Below, piece by piece: positions 19,841 to 28,655 of a stretch of DNA of 64,000 nucleotides. The notes under the pieces are model-generated. The model did not search any database, was not told where the DNA came from, and saw nothing but the letters and a program-made list of their open reading frames with translations. The first letter of the stretch is position 1. Each line of letters starts with the position of its first letter. The position numbers were made by a program, and so were the translations under genes. The DNA is from an uncultured Actinomycetota bacterium (lineage in GTDB: Bacteria > Actinomycetota > Actinomycetes > JAHEKZ01). The stretch spans positions 33,214 to 97,213 of the forward strand of contig CAVPLY010000007.1 of NCBI GenBank assembly GCA_963706045.1, given 5' to 3'.

Positions 19841-20671
19841 ATGCCGTTGACTGCCAAAGACGTCCAGAGCGTCGTGTTTCAGATGTCGAAGAAGCGCAAT
19901 GAAGGCTACGACGAGGACGAGGTCGATGCCTTCCTCGATCAAGTAGCCAACGAGCTTGATCGGCTGACGGCCGAGAACGACTCACTGCGCGCGCAATTGG
20001 CGACCAGGCCAGCGACCACGGCCGCCCCGGCGGCCGTGGCCCCAGTTGTTGCCGCACCTCCGGCACCATCGTCGGGGGCTGAGCAGGCGGCGCGGGTCTT
20101 GGCAGCGGCAGAGCGCACCGCGGACGACGTCGTGGCGTCAGCACGGTCTGAGGCCGACACCATGCTCGCGACTGCCCGCAGCAAGGCCGACAACGCCGAA
20201 CGTGAAGCCACCGCCAAGCATCAGGCCACGATGGCAGGGCTAGCCGGCGAGCGTTCTGCCTTGGAGAAGCAGGTCGACGAGCTGCGCTCCTTCGAGCGTG
20301 AGTACCGCACGCGCCTGAAGTCCTACCTCGAGCAGCAGTTGCGCGAACTCGGTTCTCGAAGCGAGGGATCGCCACCTGCGGCTCCCTCGCAACCACCGCC
20401 CCGCCCTGCTGCAACCGCGGTGCCGCCCACGCCTCAGCAGGCTGCCCCGCAGCAAGCTCCAGCGGCGCCGCAGCGTCCGGCTCAGCAGCCGACGGCTGCG
20501 CCGTCCCCGCAGCAGGCACCCCCGCAGCAGGCACCCCCGCAGCAGGCACCCCCGCAGCAGGCACCCCCGCAGCAGGCACCGGCCGCTCCGCCGCGTCCGG
20601 CTCAGACTGCACCGCCCAGCTCACCCCCGAGTTCTCCGCCCAGTTCACCGCCAGCCGCCCCTCGCCCCTAG
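19841..20671 (+). CDS. divIVA: Polar growth protein DivIVA/Wag31 with Pro/Gln-rich tail
   Basis: MPLT..DV...F, GYDEDEVDAFLD and FEREYRTRLKSYLE.QL. Confidence 0.95.
   Translation: MPLTAKDVQSVVFQMSKKRNEGYDEDEVDAFLDQVANELDRLTAENDSLRAQLATRPATTAAPAAVAPVVAAPPAPSSGAEQAARVLAAAERTADDVVASARSEADTMLATARSKADNAEREATAKHQATMAGLAGERSALEKQVDELRSFEREYRTRLKSYLEQQLRELGSRSEGSPPAAPSQPPPRPAATAVPPTPQQAAPQQAPAAPQRPAQQPTAAPSPQQAPPQQAPPQQAPPQQAPPQQAPAAPPRPAQTAPPSSPPSSPPSSPPAAPRP
20505..20580 (+). repeat. 15-bp tandem repeat (CAGCAGGCACCCCCG, about 5 copies) encoding (QQAPP)n
   Basis: Perfect tandem copies read directly from the sequence. Confidence 0.95.
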
Positions 20672-20708
20672 AAAACCCTCACGCCCCTGCGAATCGGGCC
20701 AGTACGAC

Positions 20709-20736
20709 AAGACCCCGGCCAACTGGCCGGGGTCTT
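20709..20736. terminator. Bidirectional hairpin terminator between divIVA and the convergent gene
   Basis: AAGACCCCGGCC-AACT-GGCCGGGGTCTT, a perfect 12-bp stem. Confidence 0.85.
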
Positions 20737-20758
20737 GGACTGTCTGGAGGTCCGGTGA

Positions 20759-21229
20759 TCAGATCCGACGGCGGAACGGGTCTCGGGGCGGGGGCGCAGG
20801 CATCGAGATGCGTGCACCGTCGATGGGGATGCCGGTGAGCCCCAAGACCTTGGTCAGGACGGACAGCGTGGTCTCGCCAGCGCCGATGCCGTTCTCGGTG
20901 ACCATGGCCCGGTAGATGGTGACGTAGTGCTTGACGGGCGTGTCGTAGGTCCAGTCGACCGATCCGAGGTGTATCGATTCGCCGGGGCCTTGCTCCGGGC
21001 TGAGCCATGGACGGTCCCACACCTGGATCCCGGTGGGGCTCACGCTGAAGATCCCACCCATGGTGATGTCATGCTGCTTGGCAGTCTCGATCAACTGACG
21101 GCTCTCGCGCTCGGCGAGGACGAGTGCTGGGCGCACATTGCTGGCCAGCGCTGGTACGGCAACGGCGTTCGCCTTGAGTCTCACCTGCGGAATCGTACTC
21201 GGGCTCGAGGCGGCGATTGGTTGCGCCAT
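20759..21229 (-). CDS. Hypothetical protein (156 aa)
   Basis: Strong GGAGGA RBS before ATG 21229, GC3-rich codons, followed by a terminator; I recognise no family. Confidence 0.8.
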   Translation of the reverse strand: MAQPIAASSPSTIPQVRLKANAVAVPALASNVRPALVLAERESRQLIETAKQHDITMGGIFSVSPTGIQVWDRPWLSPEQGPGESIHLGSVDWTYDTPVKHYVTIYRAMVTENGIGAGETTLSVLTKVLGLTGIPIDGARISMPAPPPRDPFRRRI

Positions 21230-21396
21230 GGCTTCCTCCGTGTGCGGCCGTCCAGGGGTGCCGCGGATGCGACAGCCGTTGATTGGGTATCGGCGCATAC
21301 ACCCCCGTGGTTGGCTACTCCATTCGGGTGATTCGCGTAACGCTGCCCCTCCGGGTGATCAAGGGTGGGAATCAGAGCGCCGAGGGGCTGCACCCG

Positions 21397-24300
21397 TCAG
21401 CTCTTGGCCAGCGAGAACCGCAGTCCCGAATCATGGTCGGACACGACCGCCCGGGGTCCAACAGCCGGATCGGACTCGGTCATGGTGGTCGCGAGTACCT
21501 CAGCAGCGATCGTTTCGGAGTGTTCGAGGATGGCCTCGCGCAGCTCGGCCTCAGCCGCCCAGGACACCTCGATGCGATCAGAGACGTCGAAGCCCGAGGA
21601 CTTACGGGCCTCCTGGATCTGGCGTACGACGTCCCGCGCCATGCCGAGCCGCCTCAGCTCTGGTGTCATCGTCAGATCGAGCGCGATGCTTTCGCCGGCG
21701 TCGTGGTGGACAGCCCACCCCTCGCGCGGGGTTTCGGTGAGGACCACCTCGTCAGGCTCGATCACCACCGGCTGGTTGTCGACGAGGACCTCTGCGCGAC
21801 CACCTTCCGACAGCGCCTGCTGGAGGTCATGCGGGTCGGCGGTGGCGATGGCGGCAGCCACGGCGGGCGTCTGCTGGCCGAAGCGCTTGCCCAGCGCCCG
21901 GAAGTTCGCCTTGGCGGTCACCGAGACGAGTTCGCCCTCGGCATCGCCGAGCGACTCGATGCGTTGCACGTTGAGCTCAGCGGACAGCTCAGCCGCCAGC
22001 TCGGGGTGGATCTGCTCCCAGCCGGGCGCTGAGACAAGTGCCCGCCCCAGAGGTTGCCGCGTCTTCACACCCGAAGCGGCCCTGGCCGCTCGCCCGAGCT
22101 CGACGAGGCGTTTGGTCTGGGCCATCTGCGCGATGAGGGCCTCGTCGATTGCCGCCTCGTCGAAGGAGGGCCAGTCGGCGAGATGCACCGAGTCCGGCGC
22201 CCCGTCGTCGGTGGGGCGGATCAGGTCTTGCCAGACCTGCTCGGTGATGAACGGGGTCAACGGTGCCATCACCAGCGTGAGCGCCGAAATGGCCTCATGC
22301 AGCGTCGTGAGCGCGTCGTCGTCGCCGTCCCAGAACCGTCGTCGACTTCTGCGCACGTACCAGTTGGAGAGCTCATCGACGAAGGTGGAGATCTGCGCTC
22401 CGGCCCCGGCGGCGTCGTAGCCATCGAGCGCCGCGTCGACGTTCTTCACCAACTGCTGGGTGCGGGCGTGGAGCCACCGGTCCATGGCCGGCCGGTCCGA
22501 GGGCGGGGTTGGCGCACCAGATGGCGTCCACCCGGCGAGCCTTGCGTACAGCACCTGGAACGACACGGTGTTCCAGTAGGTAAGGAGGGTCTTGCGGACA
22601 ACTTCCTGGATCGCCTCATGGCTGACCCTGCGAGCCAGCCATGGCGACCCCGACGCCAGCATGAACCAGCGCACGGCGTCGGCCCCGTGCTGCTCCATGA
22701 GCGGCATCGGTGCCAGCACGTTGCCGAGGTGTTTGCTCATCTTCCGGCCGTCTTTGTCGAGGATGTGCCCGAGGCACAGCACCGTGCGGTAGGACGACTC
22801 GTTGAAGACCAAGGTGCCGATGGTCATGAGGGTGTAGAACCAGCCGCGGGTCTGGTCGATCGCCTCGCAGATGTAGTCGGCCGGATACTGCGCACGGAAG
22901 TCGGCCTCGCTCTGTTGGTGCGGGTAGCCGCCTTGAGCGAAAGGCATGCATCCGGAGTCGAACCAGACATCGACGACCTCGGGCACCCGACGCGCAGCCT
23001 CGCCACACTCCTCGCACGGGATGACGACCTCGTCGACGTAGGGGCGGTGGGGGTCCATGTCCTCCAGCGGCTGCCCGGCGCGCTGTGCGAGCTCGGCCCG
23101 TGATCCGATCACCGTGAGATGGTCAGCTGGACAGCGCCAGACGGGGAGTGGCGTCCCCCAGTACCGATTGCGCGACAGCGCCCAGTCGATGTTGTTGTCG
23201 AGCCAGTCGCCGTAGCGACCGTGTTTGATCGACTCCGGGAACCAGTTGGTGGCGTCGTTCTGGGCGATCAACTTCTCTTTGATCGCAGTGGTGCGGATGT
23301 ACCACGACGGCTGCGCGTAGTACATCAGCGGCGTGTGGCAGCGCCAGCAGTGCGGGTAGGTGTGTTCGTAGGGGAGATGGCGGTACAACAGACCACGGGC
23401 TTCAAGGTCGGCCACCAGTTGGCTGTCGGCCTTCTTGAAGAAGACCCCTCCCACCAGGTCCACGTCGGATCCGAAGGTGCCGTTCGCGGACACCGGATTG
23501 ACGACAGGCAGCCCGTACTCGCGTCCGACGGCGAGGTCGTCCGGGCCGAAGGCGGGTGCCAGGTGTACCAGGCCGGTGCCGTCGGTGACGGTCACGAAGG
23601 ATGCGGGGAGGACCGTGTGCACGGGTCCCTCGTCTGGAATGTCGATCAGCGCGAACGGGGCCAGGTACGACGTGCCCACGAGCTCGGCCCCCGTCAAGTG
23701 GCTCTCGATCGAGACCTCATCGCCCAGAGTCGACGCCACCAAGGGCTCGGCGACCACGAGCAGCTCGCCATCGGCAGTTCGGACGACCGCGTAGTCGACG
23801 TCGGGATGAGCGGCCACCGCTGTGTTGGAGACCAGCGTCCATGGGGTAGTGGTCCACACCAAGAGAGCAGCACCTTGATCAGCGAGCGGGCCGCTGGTGA
23901 CCGGGAAGCGCACGTACACAGAGGGGTCGACGACCGTCTCATAGCCCTGGGCGAGCTCGTGGTCGGAGAGCCCGGTGCCGCAGCGCGGGCAGTACGGGGC
24001 GACACGGTGATCTTGGACGAGTAGTCCCTTGCGGTGCACCTGCTGCAGCGCCCACCAGAGGCTGTCGACGTACTGAGCGTCCATCGTCCAGTAAGCCTCG
24101 TCGGTGTCGACCCAGTAGCCCATCCGTTCGGTCATCTCTTCGAACTCGCCCACGTGGCGCAGGACGGACTCGCGGCACTTGGCGTTGAACTCGGCGACCC
24201 CGTAGTTCTCGATGTCCTGCTTGCCCGAGAAGCCCAGCTCCTTCTCGACCGCGATCTCGACGGGCAGTCCGTGGCAGTCCCAGCCCGCCTTTCGGGGGAC

Positions 24301-24534
24301 CTGGTAGCCCTTCATCGTGCGGTAGCGGGGGAAGACGTCCTTGAACACGCGGGCTTCGATGTGATGCGTACCAGGCGTGCCATTGGCGGTGGGTGGACCC
24401 TCGTAGAAGACCCACATCGGGGCATCAGAGCGCTGTTCCATGCTGCGATGGAAGGTGTTCTGGTCGCGCCACAGAGCGAGAACTTCGTGCTCGAGCGCTG
24501 GCAGGTCGACCTGCGGCTGGACCTCGCGGTACAT
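21397..24534 (-). CDS. ileS: Isoleucine--tRNA ligase, type 2 (IleRS2)
   Basis: YEGPPTANG.PGTHH, GWDCHGLP, WTTTPWTL, DQTRGWF, KMSKH; GGAGG RBS; Ile T-box upstream. Confidence 0.97.
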   Translation of the reverse strand: MYREVQPQVDLPALEHEVLALWRDQNTFHRSMEQRSDAPMWVFYEGPPTANGTPGTHHIEARVFKDVFPRYRTMKGYQVPRKAGWDCHGLPVEIAVEKELGFSGKQDIENYGVAEFNAKCRESVLRHVGEFEEMTERMGYWVDTDEAYWTMDAQYVDSLWWALQQVHRKGLLVQDHRVAPYCPRCGTGLSDHELAQGYETVVDPSVYVRFPVTSGPLADQGAALLVWTTTPWTLVSNTAVAAHPDVDYAVVRTADGELLVVAEPLVASTLGDEVSIESHLTGAELVGTSYLAPFALIDIPDEGPVHTVLPASFVTVTDGTGLVHLAPAFGPDDLAVGREYGLPVVNPVSANGTFGSDVDLVGGVFFKKADSQLVADLEARGLLYRHLPYEHTYPHCWRCHTPLMYYAQPSWYIRTTAIKEKLIAQNDATNWFPESIKHGRYGDWLDNNIDWALSRNRYWGTPLPVWRCPADHLTVIGSRAELAQRAGQPLEDMDPHRPYVDEVVIPCEECGEAARRVPEVVDVWFDSGCMPFAQGGYPHQQSEADFRAQYPADYICEAIDQTRGWFYTLMTIGTLVFNESSYRTVLCLGHILDKDGRKMSKHLGNVLAPMPLMEQHGADAVRWFMLASGSPWLARRVSHEAIQEVVRKTLLTYWNTVSFQVLYARLAGWTPSGAPTPPSDRPAMDRWLHARTQQLVKNVDAALDGYDAAGAGAQISTFVDELSNWYVRRSRRRFWDGDDDALTTLHEAISALTLVMAPLTPFITEQVWQDLIRPTDDGAPDSVHLADWPSFDEAAIDEALIAQMAQTKRLVELGRAARAASGVKTRQPLGRALVSAPGWEQIHPELAAELSAELNVQRIESLGDAEGELVSVTAKANFRALGKRFGQQTPAVAAAIATADPHDLQQALSEGGRAEVLVDNQPVVIEPDEVVLTETPREGWAVHHDAGESIALDLTMTPELRRLGMARDVVRQIQEARKSSGFDVSDRIEVSWAAEAELREAILEHSETIAAEVLATTMTESDPAVGPRAVVSDHDSGLRFSLAKS

Positions 24535-24797
24535 CTGGCCTCCATCGGGCTGTGGCGTCCGATCAGAGGGACGAGGCTGCGCTTTCGAGCCCCGCGGTAC
24601 CACCCTCTTTGGCGTGCGCCCGTGGACGCTCACCCACTCGAGGTCGCTGCAGCCGGGTCTACCTGGTCAGCCGGTGGTGGCTGGCCGCTCTTCCGGCAGC
24701 TCGAGGTGATGTTCCCCACGATCGGACCCCCGGGCTCACACCGTCCCCGGATCGCTCTTTGGCCTGTTGGACGTGGGTACTCGTCCTGTCATTGCCG
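24535..24797 (-). promoter_or_regulatory. T-box riboswitch (Ile, AUC specifier)
   Basis: Minus strand reads TGACAGG-ACGAGTA...AGAG..GGTGTGAG..GAAC-ATC-ACCTCGAG (stem I; specifier at 24708-24710). T-box AGGGTGGTACCGCG lies within 24591-24610, followed by CGTCCCTC and then the SD. Confidence 0.92.
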
Positions 24798-25013
24798 TGC
24801 AGTCAGGGGGAGTCTACTGAGGCTGCCGGTTTGGGACGTTCAGGAGGGCGGCGGGCCTTCGGATCGCGAGGCGCTATGGGTCGGAAAATCAGCGGAGAGC
24901 TCGGTGATCGAGGAGCCTGTGGCCGGGCCGGCGGCGTGGCGGTTTGGTCAGGTGGCCCTCCAGCGCCTATTCTCTCGCGGACTCCTCGCGCAGTCGGTCT
25001 CTAGGAGGTCCGC

Positions 25014-25946
25014 ATGGCGCAACGCACTTCGAGTGCGGGAACGACCCGGTCTCGGGCCGCTTCCGCACGCTCTGGATCAGCCAAGAAGACGGCCAAGAAG
25101 CCTGCTGCGAAGAAGGCTCCGCCCAAGAAGTCCGCAGCGAAGAAGCCTCCAGCGAAGAAGGCTCCGCCCAAGAAGTCCGCAGCGAAGAAGGCTCCAGCGA
25201 AGAAGGCTCCGCCCAAGAAGTCCGCAGCGAAGAAGGCCCCGGCGAAGAAGGCGGTTGTGAAGAAGGCTGCTGCCAAGAAGTCCGCAGCGAAGAAGTCCCC
25301 AGCCAAGAAGGCTCCGCCCAAGAAGGCGGTTGTGAAGAAGGCTGCTGCCAAGAAGCCCGCAGCGAAGAAGTCCCCAGCCAAGAAGACGGTTGTGAAGAAG
25401 GCCGCTACCAAGAAGGCCCCGGCCAAGAAGACCTCAGCGCCGAAGGCGTCCGCCAAGAAGTCGACCGCCGCAGACGTGAGTGCCCCTGACTCCGCCGTTG
25501 CTGCCACGGTCGTGCCGCCGAAGCCAGTCGTCCCCTTGAAGAAGGCGGCGGTCGCTCCCAAGAGGTCGGCTCGTGGACGGAAGCCACTGACGCCCGCCGA
25601 ACGGCTCGAGATGCGAGGCGTCCTCCGGTCCGAGCGCAGTCGGCTCAAGGCCGAGATCGCTGCGGCCGTCGAAGACCTCAACGAACTGCTGCGCGACTCC
25701 GGCGACGGATCGGGTGACGATCAGGCTGATGCGGGAAGCAAGACGTTCGAACGTGAGCACGAGATGTCTGTCGCCAACAACTCACGTGACCTGCTGGAGC
25801 AGGTCGAGCACGCCTTGAAGCGTATTTCGGATGGGTCGTACGGCACCTGCGAAAGCTGTGGACTGCCCATTGGCAAGATGCGGCTTGAGGCGTTTCCTCG
25901 GGCAACCCTCTGCGTCGACTGCAAACAGCGCGAGGAACGGCGCTGA
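25014..25946 (+). CDS. ddbA: Histone H1-like (PAKK repeat) / DksA-TraR C4 zinc-finger fusion, DdbA-like
   Basis: About 125 aa of K/A/P repeats, then DDQADAG..FERE and YG.CESC...R..A.P.A.LCVDC; AGGAGG RBS; lies between ileS and lspA. Confidence 0.88.
   Translation: MAQRTSSAGTTRSRAASARSGSAKKTAKKPAAKKAPPKKSAAKKPPAKKAPPKKSAAKKAPAKKAPPKKSAAKKAPAKKAVVKKAAAKKSAAKKSPAKKAPPKKAVVKKAAAKKPAAKKSPAKKTVVKKAATKKAPAKKTSAPKASAKKSTAADVSAPDSAVAATVVPPKPVVPLKKAAVAPKRSARGRKPLTPAERLEMRGVLRSERSRLKAEIAAAVEDLNELLRDSGDGSGDDQADAGSKTFEREHEMSVANNSRDLLEQVEHALKRISDGSYGTCESCGLPIGKMRLEAFPRATLCVDCKQREERR
25082..25460 (+). repeat. Degenerate 15-bp tandem repeat (AAGAAG-NNN-NNN-NNN) with 45/60-bp higher-order units
   Basis: Repeated AAGAAGTCCGCAGCG and AAGAAGGCTCCGCCC units encoding KKxxx pentapeptides. 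Confidence 0.9.
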
Positions 25947-26461
25947 GTTCCGAGCCCGGCGTCAGAGCATCTCCGCGTCCGCTCTGGATCACCCTCGGTG
26001 TGGCTGCCGGCGTACTCCTGCTCGACCAAGGCACAAAGTGGTGGGTACAGCAGGTGATGCCGGGACGGGCGCCCATCGAGGTGCTCGGAGACTGGCTGAA
26101 GATCACGTACACACTGAATCCTGGCGCCGCCTTCAGCATGGGCGGGAGCTTCACGGTGGTACTCACCGTCATTGCCATCACGGTGGCGGTCGTCATCGTG
26201 CGAATGGCCTCGAGGTTGGGATCGACTGCGTGGGCCGTCGCTCTCGGCGGAATCCTGGGTGGCGCTCTGGGCAACCTCTCCGATCGGCTCTTCCGCAGTC
26301 CTGGGCCATTTCGCGGGCACGTGGTCGACTGGATCGCTGTTCCCAACTGGCCAGTCTTCAACATCGCTGACAGCGCCATCTTCTGTTCGGCGATTCTCAT
26401 GGTGTGGCTGTCGTTCCGGGGGATCGGTCTCGACGGGTCGCGGCCCAACCCGAAGGGCTAA
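25943..26461 (+). CDS. lspA: Lipoprotein signal peptidase II LspA
   Basis: DQ.TK, N.GAAFS, GALGNL.DR, VVDWI and FNIAD. Start uncertain (CTG 25943 or GTG 26000). Confidence 0.95.
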   Translation: MSSEPGVRASPRPLWITLGVAAGVLLLDQGTKWWVQQVMPGRAPIEVLGDWLKITYTLNPGAAFSMGGSFTVVLTVIAITVAVVIVRMASRLGSTAWAVALGGILGGALGNLSDRLFRSPGPFRGHVVDWIAVPNWPVFNIADSAIFCSAILMVWLSFRGIGLDGSRPNPKG

Positions 26462-26470
26462 CCTCACCGG

Positions 26471-27400
26471 GTGCCCGAACATCGCAGTCTCGCCGTCCCC
26501 GAAGGCCTAGAAGGCGAGCGGGTCGACTCAGCCCTCGCCCGGCTATTCGGTCTTTCCCGCACGAAGGCGGCAGATCTCATCGGTGCCGGCGCCGTGCTGG
26601 TCGATGGCGTGCCGCCGTTGAAAAGTGAACGAGTGCGTGCCGGCGCGATGCTGGACGTTGAACTCCCCGCGGCGGGGGGAGCGGCTGCTATCGACATCGA
26701 GCCGGTGCCTGGGCTGCTTGTGCTTCACGACGATGACGACATCGTGGTGGTCGACAAGCCGGTGGGGGTTGCTGCGCATCCGAGCCCAGGGTGGACGGGG
26801 CCCACGGTCGTGGGCGGGCTGGCGGCGGCTGGCTATCGCATCGCCGCGGGCGGCGCAGCCGAACGGCAAGGCATCGTCCATCGTCTGGACGTGGGTACGA
26901 GTGGCGTGATGGTCGTTGCCAAGTCTGAGCGTGCCTACAGCTCGTTGAAGGCTGCCTTCAAGGAGCGAACCGTCGACAAGGTCTACCACGCCGTTGTCCA
27001 GGGACATCCTGATCCGAGCCGGGGGACGGTCGATGCTCCGATCGGGCGTCACCCGAAGGATGACTGGCGCTGGGCGGTCACAGCAGCAGGCAAGGACAGC
27101 ATCACTCACTACGAGACGCTGGAGGCCTTCCGAGCCGCGAGCCTGCTGGTGGTGCATCTGGAGACAGGGCGCACGCACCAGATCCGAGTCCACATGAGCG
27201 CGCTTAAGCACCCCTGCGTCGGTGATCTCACCTACGGCGCTGATCCGACCTTGTCCGCGAGGCTTGGACTGGGGCGGCAGTGGCTGCACGCCCGCGAGCT
27301 GGGGTTCGCCCATCCGGGCAGCGGAGAGCAGGTGAGGTACACCTCGCCGTACCCCGACGACCTCGAGCACGCGCTTGCTGTTCTGCGCGACGAGAGCTGA
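26471..27400 (+). CDS. rluD: RluA/RluD family 23S rRNA pseudouridine synthase
   Basis: S4-like N-terminus, [24 protein letters not shown] and GD..YG. Confidence 0.93.
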   Translation: MPEHRSLAVPEGLEGERVDSALARLFGLSRTKAADLIGAGAVLVDGVPPLKSERVRAGAMLDVELPAAGGAAAIDIEPVPGLLVLHDDDDIVVVDKPVGVAAHPSPGWTGPTVVGGLAAAGYRIAAGGAAERQGIVHRLDVGTSGVMVVAKSERAYSSLKAAFKERTVDKVYHAVVQGHPDPSRGTVDAPIGRHPKDDWRWAVTAAGKDSITHYETLEAFRAASLLVVHLETGRTHQIRVHMSALKHPCVGDLTYGADPTLSARLGLGRQWLHARELGFAHPGSGEQVRYTSPYPDDLEHALAVLRDES

Positions 27401-27574
27401 GGACGACCAGCCGCACCTGGCAGCAATGCAGGTGATCAGCCCTCCACCCCATGTCCGGCCCCTCGCAGAGCAGGTCGAGCACACGCTTTACGAGAGGTTG
27501 GCCCTTGGTGGCATTCGCCGCGCTCTTCCAGCTGGGTCCGACAACGGTGCTCAGTGGCAGAGGCCGTGCGTCGG

Positions 27575-27709
27575 CTACATCCCAGGAGGCAGAGGTGGTT
27601 CCTCTGGAGCGGAGCGGCGTTGCAGGCGGATCGCGAGATAGAGACCGGCAAGCACGCTGCTGAACAGCATGGCGATGAGGGCGATTTCGATCGGAGCGAG
27701 GTCGAACAT
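27575..27709 (-). CDS. Small single-pass membrane protein (44 aa)
   Basis: AGGGAGGA RBS; MFDLAPIEIALIAMLFSSVLAGLYLAIRLQRR...; directly downstream of the HAAS gene. Confidence 0.6.
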   Translation of the reverse strand: MFDLAPIEIALIAMLFSSVLAGLYLAIRLQRRSAPEEPPLPPGM

Positions 27710-27734
27710 GAGGCTTCCTCCCTGGAGGTCCGGT

Positions 27735-28207
27735 CTAGATGAAGGCGGCGAGAACGAAGAGGATGACGAGAACGATCGAGCCGGAGGCGAGGATTGTCGC
27801 CACCCACTTCTCGCCGCGGGTCCATGCCGGCGAGATCCAGGCACAGACGAGGCCGGCGAGCGGCCCGACGACCGGCGCGATGAAGGGCCGACGATGAGCA
27901 AGATCACCGCGATGATCTCCAGCGGCCCCCACAGGCGACGCGGCCTCTGAAGCGTCACCTCCGGGTGCTCGGCATTTCTCGCTCGCTCGCGACGATCTCG
28001 GTCGGGTCACCGAGCCGGTCGATCGCTGCGAGAACAGAGGCGTCGGTGGCGCCTGGGGCGATGCGACACCGCGTCAAGGTGCTCGCGGAGCTGGTCGAGC
28101 AGCTCGACGCGTCGGTCAGGGGGTAGGGAGCGCGCTGCAGCGTCGACCCTGCCCATGTAGCTGTCGATCGCGTGCGTGCCGGGTTGGCCGGTGTCGGTCA
28201 TGTCCAT
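27735..28207 (-). pseudogene. HAAS (DUF1700-like) signalling membrane protein, three apparent frameshifts
   Basis: Pieces IDSYMGRVDAAARSLPPDRRVELLDQLREHLD / ..IDRLGDPTEIVA / WGPLEIIAVILLIVGP / FIAPVVGPLAGLVCAWISPAWTRGEKW lie in shifting frames. TGATG overlap with PadR. Confidence 0.75.
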
Positions 28208-28551
28208 CAGGTCCCCTCAGTGAGCACAGCATCGACGGCGTTGCGAAAGCTTGCCCATTCCTGGGCGAAGCCGTGCAGAGCCACGCGTCCGGAGTCGGTG
28301 ATGCGGTAGTAGCGCCTGGGCGGTCCCGCGTCGGACTCCCGCCAGGTCGTGGCGACCATGCCCTCCCGGCGCAGCCGCGAGAGCAGTGGGTAGAGCGTGC
28401 CCTCGCTCGTGACGAGGGCCTCGATCCTTCCCAGATCTCCGACCAGGTCGACGGCGTACCGCTCCCGGTCGCTGACGAGGGCGAGCACGCAGTACTCCAG
28501 GGCTCCGCGGCGAAGCTGGGTGAGGCTCGAGCGCCGCTCCTCGGCTTCCAT
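28207..28551 (-). CDS. PadR family transcriptional regulator
   Basis: QLRRGALEYCVLAL, EGTLYPLLSRL and W.ES..GPPRRYY..T..G. Confidence 0.93.
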   Translation of the reverse strand: MEAEERRSSLTQLRRGALEYCVLALVSDRERYAVDLVGDLGRIEALVTSEGTLYPLLSRLRREGMVATTWRESDAGPPRRYYRITDSGRVALHGFAQEWASFRNAVDAVLTEGT

Positions 28552-28655
28552 GCGAGGCAAGGTACCAGGCGAGGCACTGCTTTCGGCAGGGTTCTGCAGC
28601 GCCGCGCTGGGGGCCCCTGCTCGCGGTGAGGCCAGCTCCGTCGCAGGATGGAGGC

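Noticed and set aside
21283-25260. Long plus-strand ORFs opposite ileS (e.g. 21365-22420, 22054-23103, 24034-25260)
   Set aside because: Antisense shadows of a high-GC gene with no motifs; 24034-25260 also crosses the T-box and an off-frame reading of the ddbA repeats.
25082-25460. Regular repeats as a possible CRISPR array
   Set aside because: In-frame coding repeats without unique spacers, and no cas genes nearby.
25001-25681. Minus-strand ORF with FFAA/FLAG repeats resembling a membrane protein
   Set aside because: Reverse complement of the KKxxx repeat array of ddbA.
27401-27574. Spacer after rluD as a gene remnant or sRNA
   Set aside because: No convincing ORF with a start signal, no recognisable motif and no strong hairpin.
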